A stretch of DNA of 64,000 nt. Source: an uncultured Clostridia bacterium. GTDB lineage: Bacteria; Bacillota; Clostridia; TANB77; CAG-508. Made by a program: the position numbers and the translations under genes. This document shows, in pieces, positions 44,511 to 56,089 of this stretch. Within the stretch, counting starts at the first letter, position 1. Each line of letters begins with the position of its first letter. Under the pieces are notes generated by a model. The model was not told the origin of the DNA, did no database searches, and saw only the letters and a list, made by a program, of their open reading frames with translations. The stretch lies in assembly GCA_944392605.1 (NCBI GenBank), contig CALXXE010000005.1:7289-71288 (forward strand). The letters are read 5' to 3'.

Positions 44511-46934
44511 TTATTTTATAACAATATTATAAATTTTATTTTTAACATAAATTTCTTTCACAACTGTTTTACCTTCTAATTTTGAATCAATTGCTTCATG
44601 TACTTTTTGCTTAACAGAAGCTTCATCTTCATCTAGAGAAATTTGAACAGTTCCTTTTAATTTTCCATTAAATTGAATAGGTAAAGTGATTTCATCAGCA
44701 ATTGTTTTTGATTCATCATATTCAGGCCATTTTTGGTAAGATAAATCTTCTTTTTCACCTAATACAGATTGACTAAGTTCTTCTGTAATATGAGGTGCAA
44801 ATGGATTTAATAATTGTAAAAATGTCTTAAATTCAGCTTTATTAATAGTTTTTTCTTTATAGAATTCATTTACCATTGTCATAAATGTAGATATGCAAGT
44901 ATTAAATTTCATTTCTTCGATATCTGAAGAAACTTTTTTAATAGCTCTATGCATCATTTTTTCGAACTTAGGAGAATAGCTATCTCCATCAATTAACATT
45001 GTTTGCATGTTCCATACTCTGTCTAAGAATTTTGAACAACCTCTAATACTTTCCATAGACCATGGTGCTGTTTGGTCAAATGGTCCCATAAACATTTCAT
45101 AAACTCTAAAGCTATCAGCACCAAATTCATCAACAACTTCATCAGGATTAACCACATTACCTTTTGATTTAGACATTTTTTCTCCATTGCTACCTAAAAT
45201 CATACCATGAGAAGTTCTTTTTTGATATGGTTCCCTTGTTGGAACAACACCTATATCATATAAGAATTTATGCCAAAATCTTGAATATAGTAAATGCAAT
45301 GTTGTATGTTCCATACCTCCATTATACCAGTCAACAGGTGACCAATACTCTAAAGCTTCTTTTGAAGCTAAAGCTTTATCATTATGTGGGTCCATATATC
45401 TTAGATAATACCAAGATGAACCAGCCCATTGAGGCATAGTATCAGTTTCCCTTGTAGCTTTTCCACCACAATGAGGGCAAGTTGTATTTACCCAGTCAGT
45501 ATGTTTTGCTAAAGGAGATTCACCATTTTCTCCTGGCTCATAATCTTCTATGTCAGGCAATTTTAATGGAAGTTCGTCTTCTGGAATTGGAACCCATCCA
45601 CATTTTTCACAATGAACCATAGGAATTGGTTCACCCCAATAACGTTGTCTAGAAAATACCCAATCACGAAGTTTATAATTTACTTGTCTTTTACCAATAT
45701 TATTTTCTTCTAAATATTCTATAACTTTTTTCTTAGCATCCTTCACAGATAAATCATTCAAAAATCCTGAATTAATTAAAATACCAGTTTCAACATCTGT
45801 AAAAGCTTCTTTTTGTACATCACAAACAACATCATCAGAATTTGATTTAATAACTTGTACTATTGGTAAATTAAATTTAGTTGCGAATTCATGGTCACGA
45901 GTATCATGTGCAGGAACGGCCATAATTGCACCTGTTCCATAAGTAATTAAAACATAATCTGATATCCAAATAGGAATTTCTTTTCCAGTTAATGGATTTA
46001 TTGCTTTAATACCTTTAACTTCACAACCTGTTTTATCTTTGTTCAATTCTGATCTTTCAAAGTCAGATTTTAAAGCAGTTTTTCTTTTATATTCTTCAAC
46101 CTCAGTCATATTAGTGATTTTACTAGATAATTTTTCAATAATATGGTGTTCTGGTGCAACTACCATATATGTAGCTCCAAAAAGAGTATCTGGTCTAGTT
46201 GTATAAACTGTCAAAGTTTCATCAGAATCTGCAATTTTAAATGTAACTTCAGCACCTTCACTGCGACCAATCCAATTTATTTGTTGAGCTTTAATTTTAT
46301 CTAAGTAATTAACATCATCTAAATCATCAATTAGTCTTTTTGCATATTCAGTTATTTTTAGCATCCATTGACTTTTTTCTTTTTGAACAACAGGGCTTCC
46401 GCATCTTTCACATACACCATTTACAACTTCTTCATTTGCTAGACCTACCTTACATCCAGTACAGAAGTTAATTGGCATAGTGGCTTTGTAAGCTAAACCG
46501 TGTTTATAAAGTTGAATAAAAATCCATTGAGTCCATTTATAATAATCAGGGTCTGTTGTATTAACTTCTCTTGACCAATCAAAAGAAAAACCGATTGATT
46601 TTAATTGTGATTTAAAGTGTGCAATGTTTTTTTCAGTCGTGATTTTTGGATGAATGTGATTTTTAATTGCATAGTTTTCGGCAGGAAGACCAAATGCATC
46701 AAAACCTATTGGGAATAAAACATTATATCCTTGCATTCTTTTTTTTCTCGCAATAACATCCAAAGCTGTATAACTTCTTGGATGTCCAACGTGAAGGCCT
46801 TGTCCAGAAGGATAAGGAAATTCAATTAATCCATACCATTTTTTCATAGAGTAATCATCTTTTGCATTAAAAGTACCTTCACTATACCATTTTTTTTGCC
46901 ATTTTTTTTCTATTTCTTTAAAATTATAAGCCAT
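44511..46934 (-). CDS. leuS: Leucine--tRNA ligase
   Basis: HIGH motif ([12 protein letters not shown]) and KMSKS (KMSKSKGN). True start is [13 protein letters not shown] at 46934. The 47-codon N-terminal extension in the ORF track is non-coding-like. Confidence 0.95.
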   Translation of the reverse strand: MAYNFKEIEKKWQKKWYSEGTFNAKDDYSMKKWYGLIEFPYPSGQGLHVGHPRSYTALDVIARKKRMQGYNVLFPIGFDAFGLPAENYAIKNHIHPKITTEKNIAHFKSQLKSIGFSFDWSREVNTTDPDYYKWTQWIFIQLYKHGLAYKATMPINFCTGCKVGLANEEVVNGVCERCGSPVVQKEKSQWMLKITEYAKRLIDDLDDVNYLDKIKAQQINWIGRSEGAEVTFKIADSDETLTVYTTRPDTLFGATYMVVAPEHHIIEKLSSKITNMTEVEEYKRKTALKSDFERSELNKDKTGCEVKGIKAINPLTGKEIPIWISDYVLITYGTGAIMAVPAHDTRDHEFATKFNLPIVQVIKSNSDDVVCDVQKEAFTDVETGILINSGFLNDLSVKDAKKKVIEYLEENNIGKRQVNYKLRDWVFSRQRYWGEPIPMVHCEKCGWVPIPEDELPLKLPDIEDYEPGENGESPLAKHTDWVNTTCPHCGGKATRETDTMPQWAGSSWYYLRYMDPHNDKALASKEALEYWSPVDWYNGGMEHTTLHLLYSRFWHKFLYDIGVVPTREPYQKRTSHGMILGSNGEKMSKSKGNVVNPDEVVDEFGADSFRVYEMFMGPFDQTAPWSMESIRGCSKFLDRVWNMQTMLIDGDSYSPKFEKMMHRAIKKVSSDIEEMKFNTCISTFMTMVNEFYKEKTINKAEFKTFLQLLNPFAPHITEELSQSVLGEKEDLSYQKWPEYDESKTIADEITLPIQFNGKLKGTVQISLDEDEASVKQKVHEAIDSKLEGKTVVKEIYVKNKIYNIVIK

Positions 46935-47050
46935 AAAAAAAGCCCCTTTCGCTAGTTTATTTTCCCGTATTATATAACAAAAAATGGGATAAATCAAGGG
47001 TTGCATTAAAAAACGAAAAATGTTAGAATTGTTCCTAGAGGTGTAAAAAA

Positions 47051-47836
47051 GTGATAGATATAACAAAAGCAAAAAAAGAATTTAAAAAATATGTAGAAAA
47101 GTATGATATAAATAATCCAAAAATAAAATTAAAAATAGCCCATATAGAAAGAACATCTATAATTGCAAGGAAAATGGCAGAAAGCTTGAAATTATCAGAA
47201 GAAGATATAGAACTTGCAGAACTAATTGGTTTACTTCATGATATAGGAAGATTTGAACAAGTAAAAATATATGGAACATTTGTAGACCATTTAAGTGAAA
47301 ATCACGCAAAAATGGGTGTAGATATTTTATTTAAAGATGGTTTGATAAGAAATTTTATAGAAGATGATAAATATGACAGGATAATAGAACTTGCAATAAT
47401 AAATCATAATAGAGATAGAAAGCAAATAACGAAAGATATAAGTGATAAGGAAGATTTACATATTAAGCTAATAAGAGACAGCGATAAAACAGACATACTT
47501 TATGTACTTACATTCGAAGATGAAAAATCAGTATGGGAATCTGACGATATAGAAGATGAAAAATTTACAGATGAAATATATAGAGAATTTATAGAAAAAC
47601 ATAGTATTATTTATAAAAATAGAAAAACACATGCAGATGCATTAATTGGGCATTTCGCATATGCATTTGATTTTAATTTTGATTATGGATTAAAATGCGT
47701 GTTAGACAATAAGTATTATGATAAAATCTATGATAGAGTTAAATTTAAAGATGAGGAGACTAGAAATAGATTTAAAGAAATTTATAATATAACGACTAAT
47801 TATATAAAAGAAAGAGTGACTAGTGATAATGATTAA
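47051..47836 (+). CDS. HD-domain phosphohydrolase, paralog 1
   Basis: [17 protein letters not shown] (HD motif) and [13 protein letters not shown] start after agaggtg. Confidence 0.75.
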   Translation: MIDITKAKKEFKKYVEKYDINNPKIKLKIAHIERTSIIARKMAESLKLSEEDIELAELIGLLHDIGRFEQVKIYGTFVDHLSENHAKMGVDILFKDGLIRNFIEDDKYDRIIELAIINHNRDRKQITKDISDKEDLHIKLIRDSDKTDILYVLTFEDEKSVWESDDIEDEKFTDEIYREFIEKHSIIYKNRKTHADALIGHFAYAFDFNFDYGLKCVLDNKYYDKIYDRVKFKDEETRNRFKEIYNITTNYIKERVTSDND

Positions 47837-48608
47837 TTTAGGAAAATGTAAAGAAGAGTTTTTAAAATATACTGAAACATATGATTTACAAAATGAAGGA
47901 ATAAAAAGAAAACAGTTACACTCATTAAGAGTAATGGAAGAAAGTAAAAGAGTAGCAGAGGCGTTAAAACTAAGTGAAGAAAAGATAGAACTAGCAGAGT
48001 TAATAGGACTTCTTCACGATATAGGAAGATTTGAACAGTATAATAGAGGAAATACATATCTTAACGAAATGCTATTAGACCATGCAAGATTAGGAGTAGA
48101 AGTATTAATAAAAGATGATTATATAAAAAAGTATATAGATAATGAACAATATATTCCAATAATACTTACAGCAATAAATAATCATAATAAATTTAAAATA
48201 GAAGATGGCTTGAATGAAGAAGAAATGTTATTTGCAAAAATTATAAGAGATGCAGATAAATTAGATATTCTTTATGAAGGTGTAGAGATATATTGGAATA
48301 CTCAAAGAGAAAAAGAAAATGTGGAAAATAGCAAAATAAGTATTAATATAGAACAACAATTTAAAGTAGAAAGACAAGTAAAAAAGTTAGGAAATGAAAG
48401 AAATGATACAGTAGATGGATTATTAATTTTACTATCATACATATATGATATTAACTTTAAAGAAACATTAGAAATAATAAATAAAGAAGACTATGTAAAT
48501 AGAATTTTAGATAGATTTGATTTTAAAGATGAACAGACAAAAGAACGAGTAGAACAGTTAAAGAAGATATTACTTAGGTTCATAAGATTATCTTTAAGAA
48601 AAAAATAA
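47823..48608 (+). CDS. HD-domain phosphohydrolase, paralog 2
   Basis: Same architecture and the identical [18 protein letters not shown] block; IRDADKLDIL. Overlaps paralog 1 by 14 nt. Confidence 0.75.
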   Translation: MIMINLGKCKEEFLKYTETYDLQNEGIKRKQLHSLRVMEESKRVAEALKLSEEKIELAELIGLLHDIGRFEQYNRGNTYLNEMLLDHARLGVEVLIKDDYIKKYIDNEQYIPIILTAINNHNKFKIEDGLNEEEMLFAKIIRDADKLDILYEGVEIYWNTQREKENVENSKISINIEQQFKVERQVKKLGNERNDTVDGLLILLSYIYDINFKETLEIINKEDYVNRILDRFDFKDEQTKERVEQLKKILLRFIRLSLRKK

Positions 48609-48614
48609 AAAAGG

Positions 48615-50603
48615 ATGATAAAATTGGGCAAAAAATTAATAATAACAGAAAAGCCGTCTGTTGCTATGGAGTTTGCTAAGGCGTTAAAGATAACAACTAA
48701 AAGAAAAGATGGATATTTAGAGTCAGAAGAATGGATAATTACTTGGTGTGTGGGACACCTAGTAACAATGAGCTATCCTGAAAAATATGATGAAAAATTA
48801 AAATATTGGAGGTTGGATACACTTCCTTTTATACCTGAAGAATGGAGATATGAAATTATTCCTCAAGTTCAAAAACAATTTAATATAGTACAAGGCTTGC
48901 TTCAAAGAGAAGATGTTGAAGTGATATATAATGCAGGAGACTCTGGAAGAGAGGGAGAATATATCCAAAGATTAGTATTTATGATGGCAAGACCAAATCC
49001 AAATGCAAAGATGAAAAGAGTTTGGATAGATTCACAGACAGAAGAAGAAATCTTAAGAGGAATAAGAGAAGCAAAAGATTTATCAGAATATGATAGTTTG
49101 TCTGATAGTGCGTATTTGAGGGCAAAAGAAGATTATTTGATAGGAATCAATTTTTCAAGATTACTTTCTATAATATATGGAAGAAATCTGGCAAATAAAA
49201 TAAATGAAGATAAAGCATCCATTTCGGTTGGAAGAGTTATGACTTGTGTTCTTGGAATGGTTGTTTCTAGAGAAAGAGAAATTAGAAATTTTAAGAAAAC
49301 AAAATATTATAAAGTACAAGGTTTGTTTGGAACTCAAGATTCTACTTTTGGAGCAGAGTGGAAAGTAAATGAAAATTCAATAATGTTTGAATCACCTAAG
49401 TTATATAATGAATCAGGGTTTAAGAAAGAAAATGGCGCAAAAGAATTTATTAAAGGGCTAGCAGGTAAAAATGCTAAAATAGTAGAATTAAAGAAATCCA
49501 AACAAAAAGAAAATCCACCACTTTTATTTAATTTGGCAGAAATACAAAATCAATGTACAAAAAGATTTAAAATAAAGCCAGATGAGACATTAGAGATAAT
49601 ACAAAATTTATATGAGAAGAAATTGGTTACATATCCTAGAACAGATGCGAGAGTTTTGTCAACAGCTGTAGCAAAAGAGATTACTAAAAACTTAAATGGT
49701 ATTGCAAGAGGATATAAAGACGAAGAAGTTCAAGGATATATTAAAAAAATGGTAGAAGAAAAATATTCTACAAATTTAATTAAAACAAAATATGTAAATG
49801 ATAGTAAAATAACAGACCACTATGCAATTATTCCAACAGGACAAGGTTTTGAAAATTTTAATAATTTACCAGAATTACATAAGAAAGTCTATAAAGTAAT
49901 TGTAAATAGATTTTTAGCAATATTTTATCCAGCAGCTGAATATCAAAAAATACAAGTAACGTTAGAAATAGAAAATGGAGAAAAAAAGGAAAATTTCTTT
50001 GCAAGTGAAAAAGTATGTATAAAACAGGGATTCTTAGAGATTCTAAAACCTGAAAAAGTAAATAGTAAAAAGAAAGAAGAAATCAAAAAAGATAATGAAA
50101 TAGATAATGAAGTAAATGAAGATAAACAAGAAAATAATATAGAAATATTAAAAAGTTTGAAAAAAGGACAAGTTCTCGAAGTACAAAATTATGAACTAAA
50201 AGAAGCGGAAACTTCACCACCTTCTAGATATAATTCAGGTTCTATAATTCTTGCTATGGAAAACGCAGGAAAGTTAATAGAAGATGAAGAATTAAGAGAA
50301 CAAATAAAGGGAGCGGGAATTGGTACTAGTGCAACAAGAGCAGAGATTATAAAAAAGTTAGAGAAAATAAGATATATAGAGATTAATAAAAAAACACAAA
50401 TAATAACACCTACTTTAAAGGGAGAAACTATATATGATATTGTATATCAGTCTATGCCAGATATGTTAAATCCCAAATTAACAGCAAGTTGGGAAAAGGG
50501 GTTAGATATGGTGGCAAAAAAAGAAATAAAACCAGATGTATTTATGGATAAGCTAACAAATTATATAAATTCTAAGTTTAATAAATTAGTTATAAAAATG
50601 TAA
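48615..50603 (+). CDS. topB: DNA topoisomerase III
   Basis: TOPRIM LIITEKPSVA and AGDSGREGEYI. Active-site region LVTYPRTDARVLS. No C-terminal zinc ribbons. Confidence 0.9.
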   Translation: MIKLGKKLIITEKPSVAMEFAKALKITTKRKDGYLESEEWIITWCVGHLVTMSYPEKYDEKLKYWRLDTLPFIPEEWRYEIIPQVQKQFNIVQGLLQREDVEVIYNAGDSGREGEYIQRLVFMMARPNPNAKMKRVWIDSQTEEEILRGIREAKDLSEYDSLSDSAYLRAKEDYLIGINFSRLLSIIYGRNLANKINEDKASISVGRVMTCVLGMVVSREREIRNFKKTKYYKVQGLFGTQDSTFGAEWKVNENSIMFESPKLYNESGFKKENGAKEFIKGLAGKNAKIVELKKSKQKENPPLLFNLAEIQNQCTKRFKIKPDETLEIIQNLYEKKLVTYPRTDARVLSTAVAKEITKNLNGIARGYKDEEVQGYIKKMVEEKYSTNLIKTKYVNDSKITDHYAIIPTGQGFENFNNLPELHKKVYKVIVNRFLAIFYPAAEYQKIQVTLEIENGEKKENFFASEKVCIKQGFLEILKPEKVNSKKKEEIKKDNEIDNEVNEDKQENNIEILKSLKKGQVLEVQNYELKEAETSPPSRYNSGSIILAMENAGKLIEDEELREQIKGAGIGTSATRAEIIKKLEKIRYIEINKKTQIITPTLKGETIYDIVYQSMPDMLNPKLTASWEKGLDMVAKKEIKPDVFMDKLTNYINSKFNKLVIKM

Positions 50604-50701
50604 ATTAATTTGTTAATCTAAGATAGAAATGCTATAATAAAACACATATAGCTATGCTATATTGCAAGGAAGGTATTTAGAGCAAAGAGAAAGGAACTAG
50701 G

Positions 50702-51313
50702 ATGAAACTGTATAATGGTGATTTCCCTAAAAATATTCTGTTGAGTGTACCAAAGGGAAAAGCATGGACCATTGGAGGACAGATATTCTCTACAGATGAT
50801 TTACCAAAAAAGTTGCTTGCAACTTTTGTATCACTAGAGGATGTGAAATTGGCATGGAGAAAGGTAACTCTTGTAAAATTTTCTGTTGAACCGATTTTTA
50901 GTATGCAGATAGCAATCAGGCAAGATGGGTATGGAAATGAATACTATGATGTCGAAAGTATAAACAGGATATGTGGCCTTATCTCACAGCCAGGAATGAA
51001 GATAGTAAGAAGTGCTATTCCTCAAGACGAATTTGTTGAGCAAAGAACAGACGAGAAGCCATACTGGCTATATAATCCAGATGATAAATATCATGCAAAG
51101 TTCGTCGAGAAAGGTATGGTATGGACAACAAGTATTTTGGGGTGTGATTTTGGTTATTACTATGAATGTTATAGTAGTAAAAATGGAAATGTGATAAGAA
51201 AGGTTGGAGATAGAAGCCTTTTATTGGAAGAACCAAGAGCAGTAAAGCCAGTTGTCTTTTTTGATGCTAAGGCTTTTGTAAAATCACGACAGATGAGCTT
51301 AGCGTTTGCTTAA
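50702..51313 (+). CDS. Orphan hypothetical protein, compositionally foreign (203 aa)
   Basis: Clean ORF with RBS aaaggaa and an AT-rich promoter TTGTTA-17-TATAAT at 50610-50638. Hand counts give 23/60 and 25/60 G+C at 50941-51060. No family recognised. Confidence 0.55.
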   Translation: MKLYNGDFPKNILLSVPKGKAWTIGGQIFSTDDLPKKLLATFVSLEDVKLAWRKVTLVKFSVEPIFSMQIAIRQDGYGNEYYDVESINRICGLISQPGMKIVRSAIPQDEFVEQRTDEKPYWLYNPDDKYHAKFVEKGMVWTTSILGCDFGYYYECYSSKNGNVIRKVGDRSLLLEEPRAVKPVVFFDAKAFVKSRQMSLAFA

Positions 51314-51322
51314 GTACTAACA

Positions 51323-51350
51323 ATAAAGTCCCTTTTTATAGGGACTTTAT
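51323..51350. terminator. Bidirectional hairpin terminator
   Basis: ataaagtccct / agggactttat (11 bp). Overlaps the stop of the convergent acyltransferase gene. Confidence 0.7.
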
Positions 51351-51916
51351 TGATTTAAATCATATATTTTTTTGATTAATTTATTGGATTCTTCTTTTAA
51401 ATTTGCTTTGTTTTTTAATAAGTTATTATCTAGAAAATAAGGTTTTCCAAAGATAACTTTAACTTTTGAGAAAAAATGAGGTCTTCTAGTAATAAATACA
51501 GGAATGATTGGTACATTTAATTTTGAGGCTATAAATGTTACACCATTATGAACTTTTTTACCAATATCCTTTTCTTCTTTTATAATTCCACCTTCAGCAA
51601 ATATTAGGAGTTCGCAAGGTTTATTATCTTTAAATACGTTTAAAGAATGTAATAAACTTTTTATATCAACTTTTTTTCTATCGACAGGAAAAACATTATA
51701 ATGTTTTAAAATTCTTGAAATCAATCTATTTTTGAATATTTCGGATTTCGCCATAATAGATAGATTTTTAGATACAGGGTATATAAAAAAAGGGTCAAAA
51801 ACACTAGAGTGATTAGGACAAATTAAAAATCTATCATATTTTTGTAAATTTTCTATATTATAATAATGAACTTGAAATAGTAATTTACAAAAAAGGAATT
51901 TTATAAATCTTTTCAT
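51347..51916 (-). CDS. 1-acyl-sn-glycerol-3-phosphate acyltransferase family (PlsC-like)
   Basis: HxxxxD motif (CPNHSSVFDP) and the FAEGG motif. Confidence 0.8.
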   Translation of the reverse strand: MKRFIKFLFCKLLFQVHYYNIENLQKYDRFLICPNHSSVFDPFFIYPVSKNLSIMAKSEIFKNRLISRILKHYNVFPVDRKKVDIKSLLHSLNVFKDNKPCELLIFAEGGIIKEEKDIGKKVHNGVTFIASKLNVPIIPVFITRRPHFFSKVKVIFGKPYFLDNNLLKNKANLKEESNKLIKKIYDLNQ

Positions 51917-52039
51917 AGAATGTAACCTCTCTATTTATATTATATTTTATTATATAAATAAGAAAATATAAAGTCAATAATTGACAAAACGAGATGATTT
52001 TGATATAACATATATATACAAAAGAGAGGAGAGATACAT

Positions 52040-52444
52040 ATGAACGAGAAAAAATACAAATCAGTTGTTGTAATATGGGGAGTAATTTTCTTAGTTTTAC
52101 ATACACTATCATTAATTAATGTAATAGGATTAAGACCTTTTTATTATACATATTTAACAAAATTAATCACATCCTTTGTTGCATTAATAGTTTTAGCATT
52201 AGTTATAATTTTTATGGGACTTTCATTAAAAAAGAAAAAGGCTGGTCCTATTATAGGAATTATACTTGGTGCAATTTATATTTTAAACTTTAATCTTACA
52301 CATATATTTATGAGTGTTGTAAATCTAGTAGCTGGTGTTTGTTTTATAATATCTTGTGTAGGTATGTTAAAATTTATTAGTAAAGCAAACAAAAGTGAAA
52401 AAACAGAAAGTAAAGAAGAAAAACAAACTGAAAACAATGCTTAA
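52040..52444 (+). CDS. Hypothetical membrane protein
   Basis: 134 aa with four hydrophobic helices and a Lys/Glu-rich tail. Confidence 0.5.
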   Translation: MNEKKYKSVVVIWGVIFLVLHTLSLINVIGLRPFYYTYLTKLITSFVALIVLALVIIFMGLSLKKKKAGPIIGIILGAIYILNFNLTHIFMSVVNLVAGVCFIISCVGMLKFISKANKSEKTESKEEKQTENNA

Positions 52445-52464
52445 AAATAAAGCTGGAGAATGAC

Positions 52465-55400
52465 ATGAATACAATACTTGGAGAACTTGGTAAAAGTCAA
52501 AAATTTGTCGAAATCGTAAATAGAATAGAAAATAAAAAAAGTCCGATAGCAATATCGGGCTTAAATGACGTTGGAATGGTAAGTATTGGAACAGCAATAC
52601 ATGAGTTTACTAAAAAACCAATTTGCATATTAACATATAATGAGATACAAGCAAAAAAAATATATGAAGATATTAAGTATTTTACTGATAATATTGTATT
52701 TTTCCCAAAGAAAGATGTTGTAACATATGATTATGTTGCGGAAAGTAAAGAAAATTTATATGAAAGAATAGAAGTATTAAATAAAATAAAATCAAAAAGA
52801 GGTTTAATGGTCGTAACAACAATAGAAGCTTCAATGCAAAAACTTCCTAAAAAAGAAATTTTATTTAAAAATGAACTTAAGTTTAAGGTAGGAGAAGAAT
52901 ATAACTTAGAAGATGTAAAAAAGAATCTAGTTGATTTAGGATATGCTAGATATGACTTAATAGAAGGAAGAGGACAGTTTAGTGTAAGAGGAGATATTGT
53001 AGATATAGCAGTAAATAATAAAACTGGTATTAGGATTGAATTTTGGGGAGATGAAATAGATTCTATTCGTGAATTTAATATAGAAAGTCAAAGGTCAATT
53101 GCAAATAAAAATGAAACTACGATTTATCCTGCAAACGAATATGTTCTAGAACAAAGTGTAGATTTAGTATGTAAAAAAATAAGAGAAAAATATAAAGAAT
53201 ATGAAAATAAAAATGTAATTGAAGAAGACATAGAGCAGATAAAATTAGGAAATTATATAAGCAAGGTTGATAAATACTTTGATTGTTTTTATGAAAAACA
53301 AGAAACTATCTTAGATTATTTAAATTCTAATTATGTATTGTTAATAGATGAAATAGGAAAAATAGAACAAAGAAGCCAAAACATCAAGAAGGACAGAGAA
53401 AATTTAATATCAAGTCTGATTTCAAAAGAAAAAGAAGTGCCAGAAGCTATTTTTAATGAATTAGATTTTGATGATATTTTAAACATTTTGGATAAGAAAC
53501 AATTAGTTTATATTGAAAAACAAGATAGTATATCAAAAATAGATTGTGAAAAATACAAATTAAACTATAGAGACGTTAATTACTATAAAAGTGAGATAGA
53601 TAATTTATTTACAGACTTAAAAAATAATTTAAAGAAAGATAAAAATATTTATATATTAATAGATTCAAAAGAGAAAGCCAAAAAATTAAAAGAATTACTA
53701 GAAGAAAAAGAAATTACTTGCAAGATAGAGGAAAAATTAAATCAAACTATAGTAGTTAAGGCTAGAGAAAAAATTGTTACAATTTCTATAGGTAAATTAT
53801 CATCAGGTTTTGAAAATTATGATATAGGTCAAATTGTAATAGAAGCAAATGAATTAGTAAGTGGTGAAAAGAAAAGAAGAAGAGTTACAAATACAGCTTT
53901 TAAAGAGGGAGAAAAAGTTGTTTTTGCAGACTTAAAACAAGGTGACTATGTAGTTCACAGAAGATACGGAATTGGTGTTTATATTGGTGTAAATACTATT
54001 AAAGCTGATGGAATTGTTAAAGATTATATTAAGATAAAATATAGAGATGATGCTATTTTATATATTCCTACAAGTGATTTAGATAGTATAAGGAAATATG
54101 TTGGTGGAGATAGAATAAAACCAAAGATAAATAAACTTGGAAGCAAAGAGTGGGATAATACTAAGGCAAGAGTAAAGAAAAATTTAAGAGAGGTTGCAAA
54201 AGAATTAATAGAACTTTATGCTAAAAGAGAGAAGGCTCAAGGATTTGCTTTTAGTAAAGATACTCCTTGGCAAAAAGAGTTTGAAGATAAATTCCCATAC
54301 CAAGAAACAGATGACCAATTAAGATGTATTGAAGAAATAAAAAAAGATATGGAAAAACCAAAACCAATGGATAGATTACTTTGTGGTGATGTTGGCTATG
54401 GTAAAACAGAGGTTGCTATGAGAGCAGCATTCAAAGCAGCAATGGATGGAAAACAAGTTGCATATTTAGCTCCTACGACAGTTCTTGCAGAGCAACAATA
54501 TCAAGAGTTTAAAGAAAGAATGAAAGATTTCCCTGTAAGAATAGAAATATTAAATAGATTTAAAAGTAAAAAGTATCAAAATGAGGTTGTTAAGAAATTA
54601 AAACTTGGGGAAGTTGATATTGTAATAGGTACACATAGATTACTTGGAAAAGATGTAGAATTCAAGGACTTAGGACTACTAATTATAGATGAAGAGCATA
54701 GATTTGGTGTAAAGCATAAAGAAAAAATAAAACAAATGAAGATGAATATAGATGTTTTAACAATGACTGCAACGCCAATCCCAAGAACTATGCATATGTC
54801 TATTGTTGGAATTCGTGATATGTCTGTTATTTACGAACCACCTTATAATAGGAAGCCAGTTCAAACTTATGTGTTGGAATATGACCAAGAAGTTATAAGA
54901 GAAGCAATTACAAAAGAACTTGAGAGAAATGGTCAAGTATTCTATATATTTAATAATGTAGAAGGTATTGCAAGAAAGGCAGAAACAATATCAGAGTTGG
55001 TTCCTGAAGCGAATGTTGCATATGCACATGGACAGATGACAGGAAGCAGGATTGAAGATATTATGCAAGAGTTTGTTGAAGGAAATACTAATGTTTTGGT
55101 ATGTACTACAATTCTAGAATCAGGAATTGATATTCCAAATGCTAATACTATTATTGTTGAAAATGCGGATAGGATGGGATTAGCACAATTGTATCAGATA
55201 CGTGGTAGAGTTGGAAGGTCAGAAAGACAAGCATATGCTTATATAACATATAAAAGAGATAAATTACTTACAGAGATTGCAGATAAGAGGTTAAAAGCAA
55301 TAAAAGAATTTACAGAGTTTGGTTCTGGATTTAAAATTGCAATGAGAGACCTAGAAATCCGTGGAGCTGGAAGCTTACTTGGAGAAATTCAATCTGGACA

Positions 55401-55941
55401 CTTAGAACAAGTTGGATATGATACTTATTGTGATTTACTAGACCAAGTTGTAAAAGAAATGAAAGGTATTGAAGTAAAACCTGAAGTTGATATTCAAATT
55501 GATTTAGATATTACAAGTTATATACCAGATACTTATATTGAAGATAGTAGTGAGAAAATTGATATTTATCAAAAGATTGCACTATGTAGAACAGAAGAAG
55601 ATATTGGAAATGTTATTGATGAAATTATTGATAGATTTGGTAATACGCCAAAAGAATTAAATAATTTACTAGAGATAGCAAGAATAAAACAATTATGCAA
55701 ATTGACAGCTGTTATAAAAGTTACAGAAAAGAAAAACAGAACTACAGGTTCTCAAAATGTTGTGTTCTATTTTGATAAAGATAAATATGACCCAAGTATA
55801 ATAACCACACTTCTAAAGAAATATGGAACTAAAATTAAGTTTTCAACTGGTATTGAACCATATATTACTTTACTTCTTAAAAATCAAACAGAAGAACAAC
55901 TTATTAAAGAAATAAAAGAGTTCTTAGATACAATAAAATAG
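52465..55941 (+). CDS. mfd: Transcription-repair coupling factor
   Basis: 1158 aa. CarD-like region GDYVVHRRYGIGVY, helicase motifs LLCGDVGYGKTEVA / IIDEEHRFG / TATPIPRT / QLYQIRGRVGRS, and a TRG region. Confidence 0.95.
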   Translation: MNTILGELGKSQKFVEIVNRIENKKSPIAISGLNDVGMVSIGTAIHEFTKKPICILTYNEIQAKKIYEDIKYFTDNIVFFPKKDVVTYDYVAESKENLYERIEVLNKIKSKRGLMVVTTIEASMQKLPKKEILFKNELKFKVGEEYNLEDVKKNLVDLGYARYDLIEGRGQFSVRGDIVDIAVNNKTGIRIEFWGDEIDSIREFNIESQRSIANKNETTIYPANEYVLEQSVDLVCKKIREKYKEYENKNVIEEDIEQIKLGNYISKVDKYFDCFYEKQETILDYLNSNYVLLIDEIGKIEQRSQNIKKDRENLISSLISKEKEVPEAIFNELDFDDILNILDKKQLVYIEKQDSISKIDCEKYKLNYRDVNYYKSEIDNLFTDLKNNLKKDKNIYILIDSKEKAKKLKELLEEKEITCKIEEKLNQTIVVKAREKIVTISIGKLSSGFENYDIGQIVIEANELVSGEKKRRRVTNTAFKEGEKVVFADLKQGDYVVHRRYGIGVYIGVNTIKADGIVKDYIKIKYRDDAILYIPTSDLDSIRKYVGGDRIKPKINKLGSKEWDNTKARVKKNLREVAKELIELYAKREKAQGFAFSKDTPWQKEFEDKFPYQETDDQLRCIEEIKKDMEKPKPMDRLLCGDVGYGKTEVAMRAAFKAAMDGKQVAYLAPTTVLAEQQYQEFKERMKDFPVRIEILNRFKSKKYQNEVVKKLKLGEVDIVIGTHRLLGKDVEFKDLGLLIIDEEHRFGVKHKEKIKQMKMNIDVLTMTATPIPRTMHMSIVGIRDMSVIYEPPYNRKPVQTYVLEYDQEVIREAITKELERNGQVFYIFNNVEGIARKAETISELVPEANVAYAHGQMTGSRIEDIMQEFVEGNTNVLVCTTILESGIDIPNANTIIVENADRMGLAQLYQIRGRVGRSERQAYAYITYKRDKLLTEIADKRLKAIKEFTEFGSGFKIAMRDLEIRGAGSLLGEIQSGHLEQVGYDTYCDLLDQVVKEMKGIEVKPEVDIQIDLDITSYIPDTYIEDSSEKIDIYQKIALCRTEEDIGNVIDEIIDRFGNTPKELNNLLEIARIKQLCKLTAVIKVTEKKNRTTGSQNVVFYFDKDKYDPSIITTLLKKYGTKIKFSTGIEPYITLLLKNQTEEQLIKEIKEFLDTIK

Positions 55942-56089
55942 AGGAAAAAGAATAAAATGCGTTAAGTAATTATAAAATATATTTCTATCAATCATATTTA
56001 TCTGATTAGTACAAGCAAGTGATACTACTAATAATAAAAATATAGATATCAATAAAATCCAAAACTTGCTAAAACTTAAAAAAAGTTAT

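Noticed and set aside
46935-47050. Possible T-box leader upstream of leuS.
   Set aside because: Only 116 nt separate leuS from the divergent HD gene, which is too short for a T-box. No T-box sequence (complement of ..GGTGGTACCGCG..) or specifier-loop features are visible on the minus strand.
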